The notes below the pieces were generated by a model. That model did not search any database, had not been told where the DNA came from, and saw nothing but the letters and a program-made list of their open reading frames with translations. 64,000 bases of DNA from an uncultured Desulfobacterales bacterium. GTDB lineage: Bacteria > Desulfobacterota > DSM-4660 > Desulfatiglandales > HGW-15. Position numbers and translations under genes: made by a program. The DNA is taken from the NCBI GenBank assembly GCA_964647905.1, contig CAZYJR010000020.1, positions 577-64,576 on the forward strand, given 5' to 3'. Position 1 is the first letter of the stretch. Each line of letters begins with the position of its first letter. Positions 37,715 to 47,207 of the stretch are shown piece by piece.

Positions 37715-39010
37715 ATGAGTAAACTTTTGAGCAATGCATCTCCTGAGTTCCGGAAGGCGCTGGAAGTGGGGCGTCCACCCAACGTGGCCCGCCTGTTCCC
37801 CAACTCCAAGGCCTTGATTGTCAGCGGCAAGGTAATAGACAGGGCCATGCTCGCCAAGGGCAAGGCGATTGCAATCGCAGCCAACGGCCGGAACCATTTC
37901 ATAATAAGGGGGGCGCTGCTCGCGGCCCAACGGGCCAATGCAGCCCTGATCATCGAAATAGCCAAGTCCGAGGGCGGGGCCAATGCCTACTGCGCCGTCA
38001 ACCTGTGGAATCTGGCCCGGCAGGTGGACTCCGTCTGCAATGAAATGGGCGTCACCGTCCCGGTGGCCGTGCATGCGGATCACTACGGGATCAAGGGGGA
38101 GGCGGATGCAAAGACGGCCAGGGTGGAGATCCCCAGCATGTTCGACGCCGGCGTCACATCCATAGCCGTTGATGCATCCCACCTGCCCGAGGCCGACAAC
38201 CTGCTGGTCAATATAGATCTCCGCCCCTTTATACCCGGCTGGGCGGGCTACGAGACAGAGGTCGGGGAGATCAAAGGCCAGGCTGGGCTGTCCACGGTGG
38301 AAGAGGCGCTATTCCTCATACAAGGCCTGAACGCCCATGACATATTCCCTGACTGGATAGCCCTTAACAACGGCACCACCCACGGCATCCAGGACGCGGA
38401 TGCGGGGATACAGGTGGAGCTTACCGCCCGGATCCACGACGCCCTGGCCCCTTACGGGGTCTCCGGGGCCCAGCACGGGACCTCGGGGAACGATTCGGGG
38501 CGCCTGAGGAGGATCGCCAAGGAGACCCGGACCACAAAGGCCAACGTGGCCACCGCCCTCCAAATGCTGACCTGGGGGGTGGAGGTCAATGAATACGGAA
38601 ACGCCATATTGGATGAGAACGGAGAGTTCCTGAAGCAGAAGGACAAGGGGGTCACCGAAGAGCTATGGGCCGAGATGGCGGCCTATGCCAAGGAGAGGAA
38701 GTGGAAGAGCGGGGACTACAAAAAACTCAACCTCCCCTTTGAGAACCGCCTGCTGGCCCAGCTGCGTGAGGTCAGGGAGCGCATGACCGAGGCTGTGGCG
38801 GAGTTCGTCTACGGGCTCATAGTGGATGTCTTCGACAGCAGGGATACCGCGCCCTTGGCCGTGGAGAACATATTGGAGGCCGGGTCGTACGACCCCGGGC
38901 CCAAGGCGCGGAGGATCGAGGACCCGGCCGAGTGGACCGAGGAAAAGATCCGGGAGCGCGGGGCGGCATTGGCGAGGGACCGGGGCCCCGCCGGGGACTT
39001 CGACGACTGA
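37715..39010 (+). CDS. fba: Class II fructose-bisphosphate aldolase (long form)
   Basis: The ATG at 37715 follows an AAGGAGGA RBS. Class II metal/substrate motifs VAVHADHYG, SIAVDASH, LNNGTTHG, GAQHGTSGN. Confidence 0.85.
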   Translation: MSKLLSNASPEFRKALEVGRPPNVARLFPNSKALIVSGKVIDRAMLAKGKAIAIAANGRNHFIIRGALLAAQRANAALIIEIAKSEGGANAYCAVNLWNLARQVDSVCNEMGVTVPVAVHADHYGIKGEADAKTARVEIPSMFDAGVTSIAVDASHLPEADNLLVNIDLRPFIPGWAGYETEVGEIKGQAGLSTVEEALFLIQGLNAHDIFPDWIALNNGTTHGIQDADAGIQVELTARIHDALAPYGVSGAQHGTSGNDSGRLRRIAKETRTTKANVATALQMLTWGVEVNEYGNAILDENGEFLKQKDKGVTEELWAEMAAYAKERKWKSGDYKKLNLPFENRLLAQLREVRERMTEAVAEFVYGLIVDVFDSRDTAPLAVENILEAGSYDPGPKARRIEDPAEWTEEKIRERGAALARDRGPAGDFDD

Positions 39011-40060
39011 ATGGAGCATCCTTCGGAAATACGGAACGGCAAGATTCACCCTTGGGTGGAGGAGCTCAAGGAGAACGACCTGGTCCGAGGGGACTACCTG
39101 GTCAAGTTCAAGCGACTGGGAATCACCCGCAGGGGAGACCCCTACCTTAGCATGACCCTTGCGGACAGGACCGGCGAAGTGGAGGCGCGGGTCTGGGAAG
39201 GGGCCGAAGATGTCGGCGGGATGTTCGCCGAGGGGGATATAGTCTCGGTCGAGGGAAAGGCAGGGTCCTATCGGAACGAGGTCCAGCTCATACTCAGCCG
39301 GGTGGAGAAGTCCGAGGCGGTCTCGGATCCCTCCATCTTCCTGGAGTCCACGAGGCATGATGTAAAGGGGATGACGGCCGAGCTGAGGGAGCTCCTGGGC
39401 ACGATGGAGGATCCCCACTTGCGGCGTCTCTCAGATCGCTTCCTCTCGGACCCCGAGTTCGCAACGGACTTCAGGCGGGCCCCGGCCGCCAAGAGCTTTC
39501 ATCACGCCTATCTCGGCGGACTCTTGGAGCATACATTGAGCGTGTGCAGGCTTTCAGCGGCGGTCTCCGGGCACTACCCGGACCTGGACCGGGATCTGCT
39601 GCTTTGCGGTGCGTTTCTGCACGATATAGGAAAGGTGCGGGAGTACACCTATAGCACGTATATAGACTACACGGACGAAGGGAGGCTGATGGGCCATTTG
39701 GTCCTGGGGGCCGCGATGCTGGAGCAGAGGCTCTCCGGGATCAAGGGGTTCCCCCGGTCCCTGGCCCTGAGGCTCAAACACCTGATCTTGAGCCATCACG
39801 GGGAGTTCGATTTCGGCTCCCCCAAGCGGCCCAAGTTCCTGGAGGCCTTTGCGCTTCACCTGGTGGACGACCTGGACGCCAAGATGAGCGGGCTGGACCG
39901 TTTCATGTCCCGCGACAGGCGTGAAGGGTCATGGACTGAGTTCAACAGGCTCTTTGAGCGGTATTTCCTCAAGGGGCCCATCCAGGACCGGGATCCCGCC
40001 TCCCGCGCCTTGGAGCCCGCTGAAGAGGACAAGAGGCAAGGGAGCCTCTTTTCCACTTGA
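39011..40060 (+). CDS. OB-fold + HD-domain 3'-5' exoribonuclease, YhaM-like
   Basis: N-terminal OB fold (YLSMTLADRTGEVEARVWEG) and an HD domain (HHAYLGGLLEHTLSV ... FLHDIGKV ... LSHHG). The start abuts the fba stop. Confidence 0.8.
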   Translation: MEHPSEIRNGKIHPWVEELKENDLVRGDYLVKFKRLGITRRGDPYLSMTLADRTGEVEARVWEGAEDVGGMFAEGDIVSVEGKAGSYRNEVQLILSRVEKSEAVSDPSIFLESTRHDVKGMTAELRELLGTMEDPHLRRLSDRFLSDPEFATDFRRAPAAKSFHHAYLGGLLEHTLSVCRLSAAVSGHYPDLDRDLLLCGAFLHDIGKVREYTYSTYIDYTDEGRLMGHLVLGAAMLEQRLSGIKGFPRSLALRLKHLILSHHGEFDFGSPKRPKFLEAFALHLVDDLDAKMSGLDRFMSRDRREGSWTEFNRLFERYFLKGPIQDRDPASRALEPAEEDKRQGSLFST

Positions 40061-40135
40061 TCGTTCAAGGGCGGGGCGCCGCCGGAGGATGCAAGGCTCA
40101 AAGAGCGGGACTGCTCTCGTGGAGGCGGGAAAGGA

Positions 40136-41164
40136 ATGAGCCCATTGGAGGACATCGCTGCGAGCCGGGAGGGCGCCCGGGGGTTGGTGGACGGAAACAA
40201 CCGCGAAATCAACTACCTGCGTGTCTCACTGACCGATCGCTGCAACCTGAGATGCATTTACTGTATGCCGCCCGAAGGGATTCGGCCTCTTCCCCACGGC
40301 GAGATCCTGACATACGAGGAGATCCTTCACGTGGTGCGCCTGGCCGTCAGCGGGGGCATACGCAAGGTCAGGCTCACAGGCGGCGAGCCGCTGGTCCGCA
40401 GGGAGGTCATGGGCTTCATCCGCCGCTTGGTGGAGCTCCCCGGCCTGGAGCAGGTGACCCTGACCACCAACGGGGTCCTGCTGGCTGAATGCGCGGGGGA
40501 GCTCAGGGACCGCGGTGTGACAGGGGTCAACGTCAGCCTGGACTCACTGCGCCCGGAACGCTTCGCCAAGATCACCAGAAGGGATCTCTTTCATCGCGTT
40601 CGGGACGGGCTGCTGGAGGCGGAGCGGGTGGGGTTCCGCTCCATCAAGATCAATGTGGTGGCCATGCGGGGCATAAACGACGATGAGATACTGGATTTCG
40701 CCCGGTTGAGCCTAGAGAGGCCTTATCACGTCCGGTTCATAGAGTTCATGCCGGTAGGACTGGAAAACGGCTGGAACGACGACAGGTTCATACCAGCAGG
40801 CGAGATCCGGGAGCGGATACAAGAGGTCGGACCGCTCCGCCCCCTGGTTCACAGGCCCCTGGACGGACCCGCGGAGCGGTTCATGCTGGAGGGCGCCCGT
40901 GGAGAGCTGGGCTTCATAGCCGCTCTCTCGCACCATTTCTGCACCTTGTGTAACCGACTCCGCCTGACGCCGGAGGGGCACTTGAGGGGGTGCCTGTTCT
41001 CGGACCAGGAGATCGATCTGAAAGGCCCCATGCGGGCCGGTACATCGGACGAGGCCCTCATGGAGCGGATCCTGTATGCCGTGGAGAGCAAGCCCGGGTG
41101 GCACGGCCGCCTGGTGAACGCCCCCCGCAAGTGCACGCGGCCCATGTCCTCCATCGGGGGCTAG
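40136..41164 (+). CDS. moaA: GTP 3',8-cyclase MoaA (radical SAM)
   Basis: LRVSLTDRCNLRCIYCMP radical-SAM cluster motif, RLTGGEPL, and the C-terminal second-cluster region CTLCNRLRLTPEGHLRGCL. Confidence 0.95.
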   Translation: MSPLEDIAASREGARGLVDGNNREINYLRVSLTDRCNLRCIYCMPPEGIRPLPHGEILTYEEILHVVRLAVSGGIRKVRLTGGEPLVRREVMGFIRRLVELPGLEQVTLTTNGVLLAECAGELRDRGVTGVNVSLDSLRPERFAKITRRDLFHRVRDGLLEAERVGFRSIKINVVAMRGINDDEILDFARLSLERPYHVRFIEFMPVGLENGWNDDRFIPAGEIRERIQEVGPLRPLVHRPLDGPAERFMLEGARGELGFIAALSHHFCTLCNRLRLTPEGHLRGCLFSDQEIDLKGPMRAGTSDEALMERILYAVESKPGWHGRLVNAPRKCTRPMSSIGG

Positions 41165-43083
41165 GTCCCGGAGTCCGGCCCTTGCCCACCTCCTCCGCCC
41201 AGGATCATCCTCCTGTCCCCGGACGCCAGCAGCGGGGCCTGAAGCCTTACCGGCTCTCCTATGTCCTTGAAGAGCAGGTCGCCTTCCCCCAGGAGGTTTT
41301 CCGCCCCCCTCATCCCCAGGAGCATATTGGATTCAATGGGCTTGTTCATCTTGAACGCGGCCCTGGCCGGGATGTTTGCATCCAACGCCCCCTTTACCAC
41401 TTCCCGGCTGGGCTGCTGGGTGGCCATGAGCAGGTGTATGCCCGCCGACCTGGCCTTGGCCCCGATCCTGAAAACCAGGGATTCGACCTCGCGCCGCTCG
41501 GAACGGCCCCTGCTCACCAGGTCCGCGTATTCGTCGCAGATGCAGACGATCCTGGGCTCCACCCGCCCGGTGCGGATCATGTACTCCCCCAGGTCATCCG
41601 CTCCGCACTCCTGCAGGAGGCGGTAGCGGCGTTCCATCTCCTCGGCCATGGCGGAGAAGGCGTTTGGGGCCGGCTCCTCGTCGGGAAACACCAGGGCCCG
41701 GTCATTGAGGAGGAACGGGGATTCCGCCATGTCGTTGAAGGCGGTGCGTTTGGGATCGATCAGGACCAGCCTCAGGGTCTCCGGCGTGTTGGTGATAACC
41801 AGCCCGGCCAGCACCGACCTGAGCCATTCGCTCTTTCCGCTCCCGGTGGTGCCTGCGGCCAGGATATGGCAGTTTTCAGGCTGGGATAGGTCGGCGGAGA
41901 CCAGGTCTCCCTCCAAGTCCACCCCCAGGATGATCCTGGAGCAGCCCCGGCTCGATCTCCAGGATTCGAGCTCCGAGCGGATCCGAGCAAAGTCGACCAC
42001 CTCTCTGTCCGCTCGCTGGAGATCGGCCACCACCCTGCCGTCCGATATGTGGACCAGCGGCGGTGCGCTGAGCTTCAACCTGTGCTGCACCTCCCTGGCC
42101 ACCTTCCGGACCCCCTGGATGGTGACCCCCTTTTCCAGCTTCAGCGGGTAGCGCACAAAGGTGGGCCCTTCCACCGGGGGGCCGTCAATGGAGACCGGCC
42201 TGCCGTACTCACGGAAGATGGCGGCCAGCCGTTCGCCCTGCTCGTGGTGGGCCGGGGACTGTTCCGGCTCGCTCGAGGACACGGCGGCCGGGGGTTGTTC
42301 CTCCGGCGCTGGTCGAGCCACGCCGCTCCTCGGCCCGGGCGAGACCCCGGCAAGCACGCCGATCAGGGATACCAGCTTCTGCTGGGTCTTTCTCAGCTCG
42401 GGACCGGAAAACAGGATCTCTTCCATTTCCGGCCTAAAGGCGACCAAGGCGGCTGGGCCCTGGGATTCCGGTCGGTTGGATCTGGTCAGGATGAGATGAT
42501 ACAAAGCTGCCTGAGCCAGGTCCGCCTCAGGGCAGCCCATGCCCAGCTTGAGCTCCACCAGGCACCAGCCCGGGCGGCCAGGGATCCTGATCACCAGGTC
42601 CGCCAGCCCGGTCAATCGCACGGCATCGCTCCATTGAGGCATACGCAGCCCCAAGCTGAGGCGCTCGTCGGGGAAGAGCTTGATGCGGGCGCCGGGGCCC
42701 TTCTCAAAGTGGTCGCCGGCCTCCCATAGCAGGTCCACCATCCACCGGTTGAGGTTCTTGGCCGCTTCCCAGAGGGCGAGCACCCCGTCCGCAGACCCGT
42801 GCAGGCGGGCCTGCTCCCGTCCCAGGCGGGGGCCTATCAGCCGCTCGTAGATATGAGTCTCCAGGGCCCGGCGCCAGGCCTCCTTGTGAGGGGGTGTATC
42901 GCGCACCGCCTCCTGCCAGGAGCAGGGATGCCGGGGGCTGAAGAGTGAGGAAAAGGACTCGTGGAATATGCTCCCCAGGAGGCGGGCGGCGTGCACGGGG
43001 AGACGCTCGCCGCCCCCCTCCCCGCAGCCTGCACCTTGATAAACGGCCCTTCTGACTTCGCTTACCGAAAGCCTCACCGGCAT
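41161..43083 (-). CDS. Fusion protein: N-terminal RecB/Cas4-type PD-(D/E)xK nuclease domain + FtsK/SpoIIIE-type DNA-translocase ATPase domain
   Basis: 640 aa. Nuclease motif set: GSIFHESF ... GLADLVIRI(13 aa)CLVELKLG ... QAALYHLIL (D / ExK / QxxxY). After a Pro-rich linker come FtsK motor features: GPTFVRYPLKLEKGV, Walker A ILAAGTTGSGKSEW, Walker B IVCICDEYADL, LLMATQQPS. No TM segments were seen. Confidence 0.8.
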   Translation of the reverse strand: MPVRLSVSEVRRAVYQGAGCGEGGGERLPVHAARLLGSIFHESFSSLFSPRHPCSWQEAVRDTPPHKEAWRRALETHIYERLIGPRLGREQARLHGSADGVLALWEAAKNLNRWMVDLLWEAGDHFEKGPGARIKLFPDERLSLGLRMPQWSDAVRLTGLADLVIRIPGRPGWCLVELKLGMGCPEADLAQAALYHLILTRSNRPESQGPAALVAFRPEMEEILFSGPELRKTQQKLVSLIGVLAGVSPGPRSGVARPAPEEQPPAAVSSSEPEQSPAHHEQGERLAAIFREYGRPVSIDGPPVEGPTFVRYPLKLEKGVTIQGVRKVAREVQHRLKLSAPPLVHISDGRVVADLQRADREVVDFARIRSELESWRSSRGCSRIILGVDLEGDLVSADLSQPENCHILAAGTTGSGKSEWLRSVLAGLVITNTPETLRLVLIDPKRTAFNDMAESPFLLNDRALVFPDEEPAPNAFSAMAEEMERRYRLLQECGADDLGEYMIRTGRVEPRIVCICDEYADLVSRGRSERREVESLVFRIGAKARSAGIHLLMATQQPSREVVKGALDANIPARAAFKMNKPIESNMLLGMRGAENLLGEGDLLFKDIGEPVRLQAPLLASGDRRMILGGGGGQGPDSGT

Positions 43084-43092
43084 GGGGTTTCC

Positions 43093-44982
43093 CTACTCAT
43101 CCCAGAGGTAGCTCTCCGGGACGTATTGAAAGAGAGCGGGCGGCGATCCTTCAAGGTATCCCACCAGCGCGGGGTTTTCGCCGGCCAGGCGCCTGATCGG
43201 GTCCTCACCGCATTCCAGCTCCCGGGCGGCCTCCTCCAGGGCCAAGATCTTTCGGGTCTCGAGGAGGGAGAGGACTCTCTGCAAAAGGGCCGGATCCCCC
43301 CGGTCGCGCTCCGCTCTCCTTCCCACCACGTTCTCGGCCAAGTCCCTCAGCCTACCCTCCAAGGAGCGCCTGAGCCAACTCAGGACCGTGTCCTGGGATA
43401 ACGTCGTTCCGCGGGCCGAGAGGTCTCCCGCCTTGGCGTCGGCCAGGACCGCCCTCAAGGCCTCCAACGCGGCCATGACCTCCTGGTCCGGTTGAATAAG
43501 GACCGCCCCCTCCTGCTGGAGCTCCTCCAGGTATTGACGCGTCTTCTTGGCCTGCTTTCCGATGGTCAACCACGGATGGCGCACCAGGAACAGGGAGTCC
43601 AACCCCCCTTGCTTGATCTGTGATCTCACCCGCTTCAGGCGTCCGGCCAGGCTGTTCATGTTTCGGTGGTTGCACAGGCTGACTCCCACCCGCCGCCCCG
43701 GGCCGGCCAGGACCATGTCCACGTCCCTGAGATCGTTTGCATCCTCCTCCCTCCAGGCCTCGTCCAATACGTGCACCAGCAAAGGCAGGGCCCCGTGGAC
43801 CAGGTCGTCGGTCTCCTCGGGGCTCAGGGTCCGGAGGGCGGATTCCTTCCTCCGCACCCACTCCCCCGCCAGGAAGTCTTCCACCGAGGATTCCACCGGA
43901 CCGGCGGACCCTTGCAGGGAGGCCCCTCCAGTCCATGATTCGTATGCCTCGGCGCAGAATTGCAGGACCTCGCGAACGGTCCTCGGCTCGTCCTGCATGT
44001 GGGCCCGGAGCTTGCCCTCCAGCACCCGAAAGAACCGCTCCTGCATGTTCGGGGCGAGCCCGCCCGACTCCAGGCGCACGCGGGCGAGCTCCAGGGCCTG
44101 GTCCGGGTCAAGGGGGTTGAGGCTTGACCTGTACACGGAGAGCCGGTCGTAGTTGGGCTTCATGACCGCCTCCTCCAGGACTTCGAGAAAGTAGGCCTGG
44201 ACGCACGATACCATGAGTACGTTGGTGCATTCGTCATGGAGGTGCTGGGCCACCTGGCCCAAGGCGAAAAGCCCCTCCCTGTCCCTGGGGTACCTCTGAA
44301 TCGCCTCCACCTGGTCGAAGCAGAACAGTACAGGGATGGGGGCGAAGAGCCTGAGGAGCTCCTCCACTATCTCGCGGGCCAGGAATTCGGCGTCGCCCGG
44401 CTCTTCACCTTCTTCCTGGACCAGGGCCAGCCTCCTCATGCTGTGCTCGGGCAGGGATCGGCCCATGAGCCAGGCCGCCGCATCGCGCCTGAAGCGGCCT
44501 CTCAGGAGGTGCTCCAGGGCCAGGCAGAGGTTGGGCGAGAGGCGTCTTTCCTCTCCCAGGCGCTCGGTGAGCTCCCTGAGCTCGCCGGCCGAGACCCGCA
44601 TCCTCCCGGCTATACGATGCAAACGGGCCTTTGTCACCCAATCCAGTTGAGGTGTCCCTCCCCTCACCGGGCGGAGGAGGCTCTCCACAAAGCACTTCCT
44701 GATGTGCCGCCATATGCGGTGGGGGCTGGATTGGAGCCGGATGGACACGAAAAGAGCGGGCCTGCGGCTGCTTCGTATGTGGCTGTAGAGCCTTCCCAGG
44801 AGATGGGTCTTGCCCGTGCCCGCCTCGCCGAACAGGAGCACGGATGAGCTCCGGCGCTCGGATGCCACCCGGTCCAGGACCGCCAGGCAGAGCTCAAAGG
44901 CCTTCCTCCCGATATCCGGGACGTCCGCGCTGGGCTCGGACCAGGGGTCGGTGGCTATGGCTTGCCGGAACGGGTTTCCCAT
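43093..44982 (-). CDS. AAA+/P-loop NTPase with a long helical C-terminal region (family not resolved)
   Basis: 629 aa. N-terminal GNPF..DPW lead-in, Walker A VLLFGEAGTGKTHLLGRL, Walker B PVLFCFDQVEA. About 350 aa of helical sequence follow. It lies 9 nt upstream of the nuclease-FtsK gene. Confidence 0.75.
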   Translation of the reverse strand: MGNPFRQAIATDPWSEPSADVPDIGRKAFELCLAVLDRVASERRSSSVLLFGEAGTGKTHLLGRLYSHIRSSRRPALFVSIRLQSSPHRIWRHIRKCFVESLLRPVRGGTPQLDWVTKARLHRIAGRMRVSAGELRELTERLGEERRLSPNLCLALEHLLRGRFRRDAAAWLMGRSLPEHSMRRLALVQEEGEEPGDAEFLAREIVEELLRLFAPIPVLFCFDQVEAIQRYPRDREGLFALGQVAQHLHDECTNVLMVSCVQAYFLEVLEEAVMKPNYDRLSVYRSSLNPLDPDQALELARVRLESGGLAPNMQERFFRVLEGKLRAHMQDEPRTVREVLQFCAEAYESWTGGASLQGSAGPVESSVEDFLAGEWVRRKESALRTLSPEETDDLVHGALPLLVHVLDEAWREEDANDLRDVDMVLAGPGRRVGVSLCNHRNMNSLAGRLKRVRSQIKQGGLDSLFLVRHPWLTIGKQAKKTRQYLEELQQEGAVLIQPDQEVMAALEALRAVLADAKAGDLSARGTTLSQDTVLSWLRRSLEGRLRDLAENVVGRRAERDRGDPALLQRVLSLLETRKILALEEAARELECGEDPIRRLAGENPALVGYLEGSPPALFQYVPESYLWDE

Positions 44983-45887
44983 TTGCCGTCCCTGAGTACA
45001 ATTCCTATGAAAAATCCGCCTTTGCCGTCTGGTACTGCTGCCGCCCGCTCTGAGTCGTTCATCTGCGCCGGGTCCACATGGCGGTGGAGCCAGACGCGGC
45101 CTTGGCGCGCCAGCTTGAGCACCGCGCGATCAAAGCTCTCTTTGGGCGCTCCCACCGCATCCCTCAGCCTGCGCAGCGATACCATGGCCTCCTGAGCGGC
45201 CGCGGGCTCCATCTCCAGGGCCTTGCTTATCACATTGTCGCCCAGGTCCTCCTCGGGCGCCTCGGCTTGTATCTCTCCCGCCGGAGCCTCCCGGCTCGGG
45301 CCAGCTTTCCCTGTGAGCTCCCGCACCAGGGCCTCCAGGACCGCCTGATCGGAGACCCCTGCTTCCTCCAGTTTTTTTCGGACCGCCTGATACTCTTTCA
45401 AAACCTTTCCCAGATACGGGGCGGGGTCGGGCGGCAGCGCCGAAAAGCGCCGGGCCTTCTGCCTCGGTGCAAGCGGGTATTGAAACACCTTCTTTTCAGA
45501 TACAAGCCCGGGAAGTACCTTCTTCCTCAACGCCTCAGCGGCCGTCTTTGTGCACCCGAAGAGCGATCTCCCCAAGGCCCTGTCCAACTCGGCCAGGGTC
45601 AAGGCCTTGTTAGAGAGGATCCGCGCCGTCTCGGCCCCGGCAACCGCCTCCGGATCCTTCACCCAGAAGCGCTTTCCCCCTCTTGAACCCGGCCACGAAA
45701 AAACGCCGGCTGAAGGGCCTTCTCTTTCCAGCCCTCGGGTCAGGACGGCCGGTTTCACCTTGAACGGGCGTGGCAGTTGCTCTGAGATCCGCTTTGCAGT
45801 CAGCGGAGCGGGGGAGCGTTCCAGGACTTTTCGGGCTACCGACAAGGTGTCGCTGCTGAGCTCATCGGTTTCATGGGATCCTTTCAT
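44955..45887 (-). CDS. Hypothetical protein, possibly multi-winged-helix DNA-binding (first gene of the three-gene operon)
   Basis: The start is reassigned to the ATG at 45887, which follows GGAGGTG. 310 aa, helical, with no catalytic motif. wHTH-like stretches: SVARKVLERSPAPLTAKRISEQL and FDRAVLKLARQGRVWLHRH. It overlaps the AAA+ gene by 28 nt. Confidence 0.55.
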   Translation of the reverse strand: MKGSHETDELSSDTLSVARKVLERSPAPLTAKRISEQLPRPFKVKPAVLTRGLEREGPSAGVFSWPGSRGGKRFWVKDPEAVAGAETARILSNKALTLAELDRALGRSLFGCTKTAAEALRKKVLPGLVSEKKVFQYPLAPRQKARRFSALPPDPAPYLGKVLKEYQAVRKKLEEAGVSDQAVLEALVRELTGKAGPSREAPAGEIQAEAPEEDLGDNVISKALEMEPAAAQEAMVSLRRLRDAVGAPKESFDRAVLKLARQGRVWLHRHVDPAQMNDSERAAAVPDGKGGFFIGIVLRDGKWETRSGKP

Positions 45888-46250
45888 CGCCACCTCCCCG
45901 GCGCCTCCGACGGCCGATTCCCACCCCGGGCCGTGGCGGGGATCATCTTTAAGACAAGTCGAAACATACCACCGCACCTAAAATCCCTGCAAGGCAAAAG
46001 CGGGTGGGATAGCTTTCCCTCCCTGTAACCTTACCGTTGTCCTTGTGCGCCGGGTTGCCATCAACCCGCGTGATGTATGTCCTTGCAAAATTGAGGCTTG
46101 CTTTGATCATCCCTAATGGGTACTATGCTCGCATCTATGCATGCTTTCTTAGGATTTGGATAGCGATTTTGCCGCACTAGCGAGGGAGCTATGCCTCAAG
46201 GCGCACCCAAAGCCCCATTTCTCATGAGAGACGTGGGGCTTTGCGTTATG

Positions 46251-46548
46251 GAGACAGATGCGCAATGGGGGGCGACGTTCAAGCTGCGGGAGGTCCTATG
46301 CGGGAATCTGAACGAGTCGGGCTTGAATCTCGAATCCTGCGGTTTTCAAGATTGTAGGGCAAATGTGGAATCCGATGGCCTCCATCGCTACAATTGGAAT
46401 TACTCACTTCTCGGTTTTGAGCGTTAAGAACTCAAGACCCAATCCCCCTGTTCGCCGGTATTCTAACTACCATACCGTTGTCATGGCCCGCAAGGAAATC
46501 AAGGCCGTGCTGGCGAACTTGTACGGAGACAAATAGTTGATGGCCTCG
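46251..46548 (+). pseudogene. Tyrosine recombinase remnant (integron-integrase/XerD-like clade), frameshifted and with an internal stop
   Basis: Frame 1 reads ..TFKLREVLCGNL.. (compare the integrase helix ..LLFLYREVLG..). A shifted frame reads PVRRYSNYHTVVMARKEIKAVLANLYGDK-TAG-LMAS, which matches the ..RLPVVLTREEVKAVLA.L.GDKWLMASLLYG.. pattern with TGG(W) changed to TAG at 46534-46536. The similarity stops after LMAS. Confidence 0.45.
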
Positions 46549-46597
46549 TTCGACAGACCAATACCCAGCCTTGGTTTAAGGCCGAAAAGGTGGTAAA

Positions 46598-46894
46598 ATG
46601 CCAGTGAATTATAATTTCGAATGGGACCCTATAAAGGCCCGCGAGAACCTAAATAAGCATAATGTGGGCTTTGACGAAGCGGCGACGATATTTAGAGACT
46701 CAAAGGCGCTTTCCATATTTGATCCAGACCACAGCGAAACCGAAGACCGATGGATAACTATGGGTATTTCAGAAAAGGGACGGTTGCTGATTGTCAATCA
46801 TAGTTTCCTAGAAGAAAGTCGAGAAGAAGTCAAGATCAGAATTATGTCAAGCCGAAGGGCTACAAAAAGGGAAACAAAAAAATACGGTGACTAA
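46598..46894 (+). CDS. brnT: BrnT-family toxin (DUF497)
   Basis: FEWDPIKARENLNKHNVGFDEAATIF...DPDHSETEDRWITMGISEKGRLLIVNH...IRIMSSRRATKRETKKY is the canonical BrnT pattern. Confidence 0.85.
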   Translation: MPVNYNFEWDPIKARENLNKHNVGFDEAATIFRDSKALSIFDPDHSETEDRWITMGISEKGRLLIVNHSFLEESREEVKIRIMSSRRATKRETKKYGD

Positions 46895-46896
46895 AC

Positions 46897-47097
46897 ATGA
46901 GAAAAGAATACGATTTTTCGAGAGGTGAAAGAGGCAAGTTTTATCGTCCAGATATGAAGCTTAACATTCCCATTTATCTTGATGATGAAGTTTCAGCGTT
47001 TGTGGAGAAGATTGCTTCCAAGAAAGGAATTGATCGATCTTCAGTAGTGAACGATTTGCTAAGGGGCGATATAAAAATCGCTGAGGCAATGGAATAA
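46897..47097 (+). CDS. brnA: BrnA-like antitoxin
   Basis: 66 aa, MRKEYDFSRGERGKFYRP...IPIYLDDEVSAFVEKIASKKGIDRSSVVNDLLR. It starts 3 nt after brnT. Confidence 0.75.
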   Translation: MRKEYDFSRGERGKFYRPDMKLNIPIYLDDEVSAFVEKIASKKGIDRSSVVNDLLRGDIKIAEAME

Positions 47098-47207
47098 GGG
47101 GATAGGAACTTGCTTTTTAGGTAGCAGGATAGCGGAAGGCATCTTTGGGTGTCAACAAGAAACGCCTAAACTTGTTCCGCTGGACGCGCTCCGAACTTCC
47201 GGCGGAC

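Noticed and set aside
37488-37778. A 97-codon N-terminal extension of the acetyl-CoA hydrolase/GNAT ORF
   Set aside because: The extension is Pro/Gly/Arg-rich, overlaps the fba start region on the other strand, and is not part of the family N-terminus. The Met at 37487 gives a typical start (MDKSKRPYWPDDY...).
40061-40135. A possible Moco riboswitch upstream of moaA
   Set aside because: The gap is only ~75 nt, and I could not recognise the conserved Moco-motif elements. This would need an Infernal/Rfam scan to exclude it formally.
46300-46345. A tRNA-like 3' fragment (..CTTGAATCTCGAATCCTGCGG..) as a possible integration-site remnant
   Set aside because: It contains TCGAATCC, but no convincing T-stem or acceptor-stem pairing can be drawn. 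It lies inside the decayed recombinase region.
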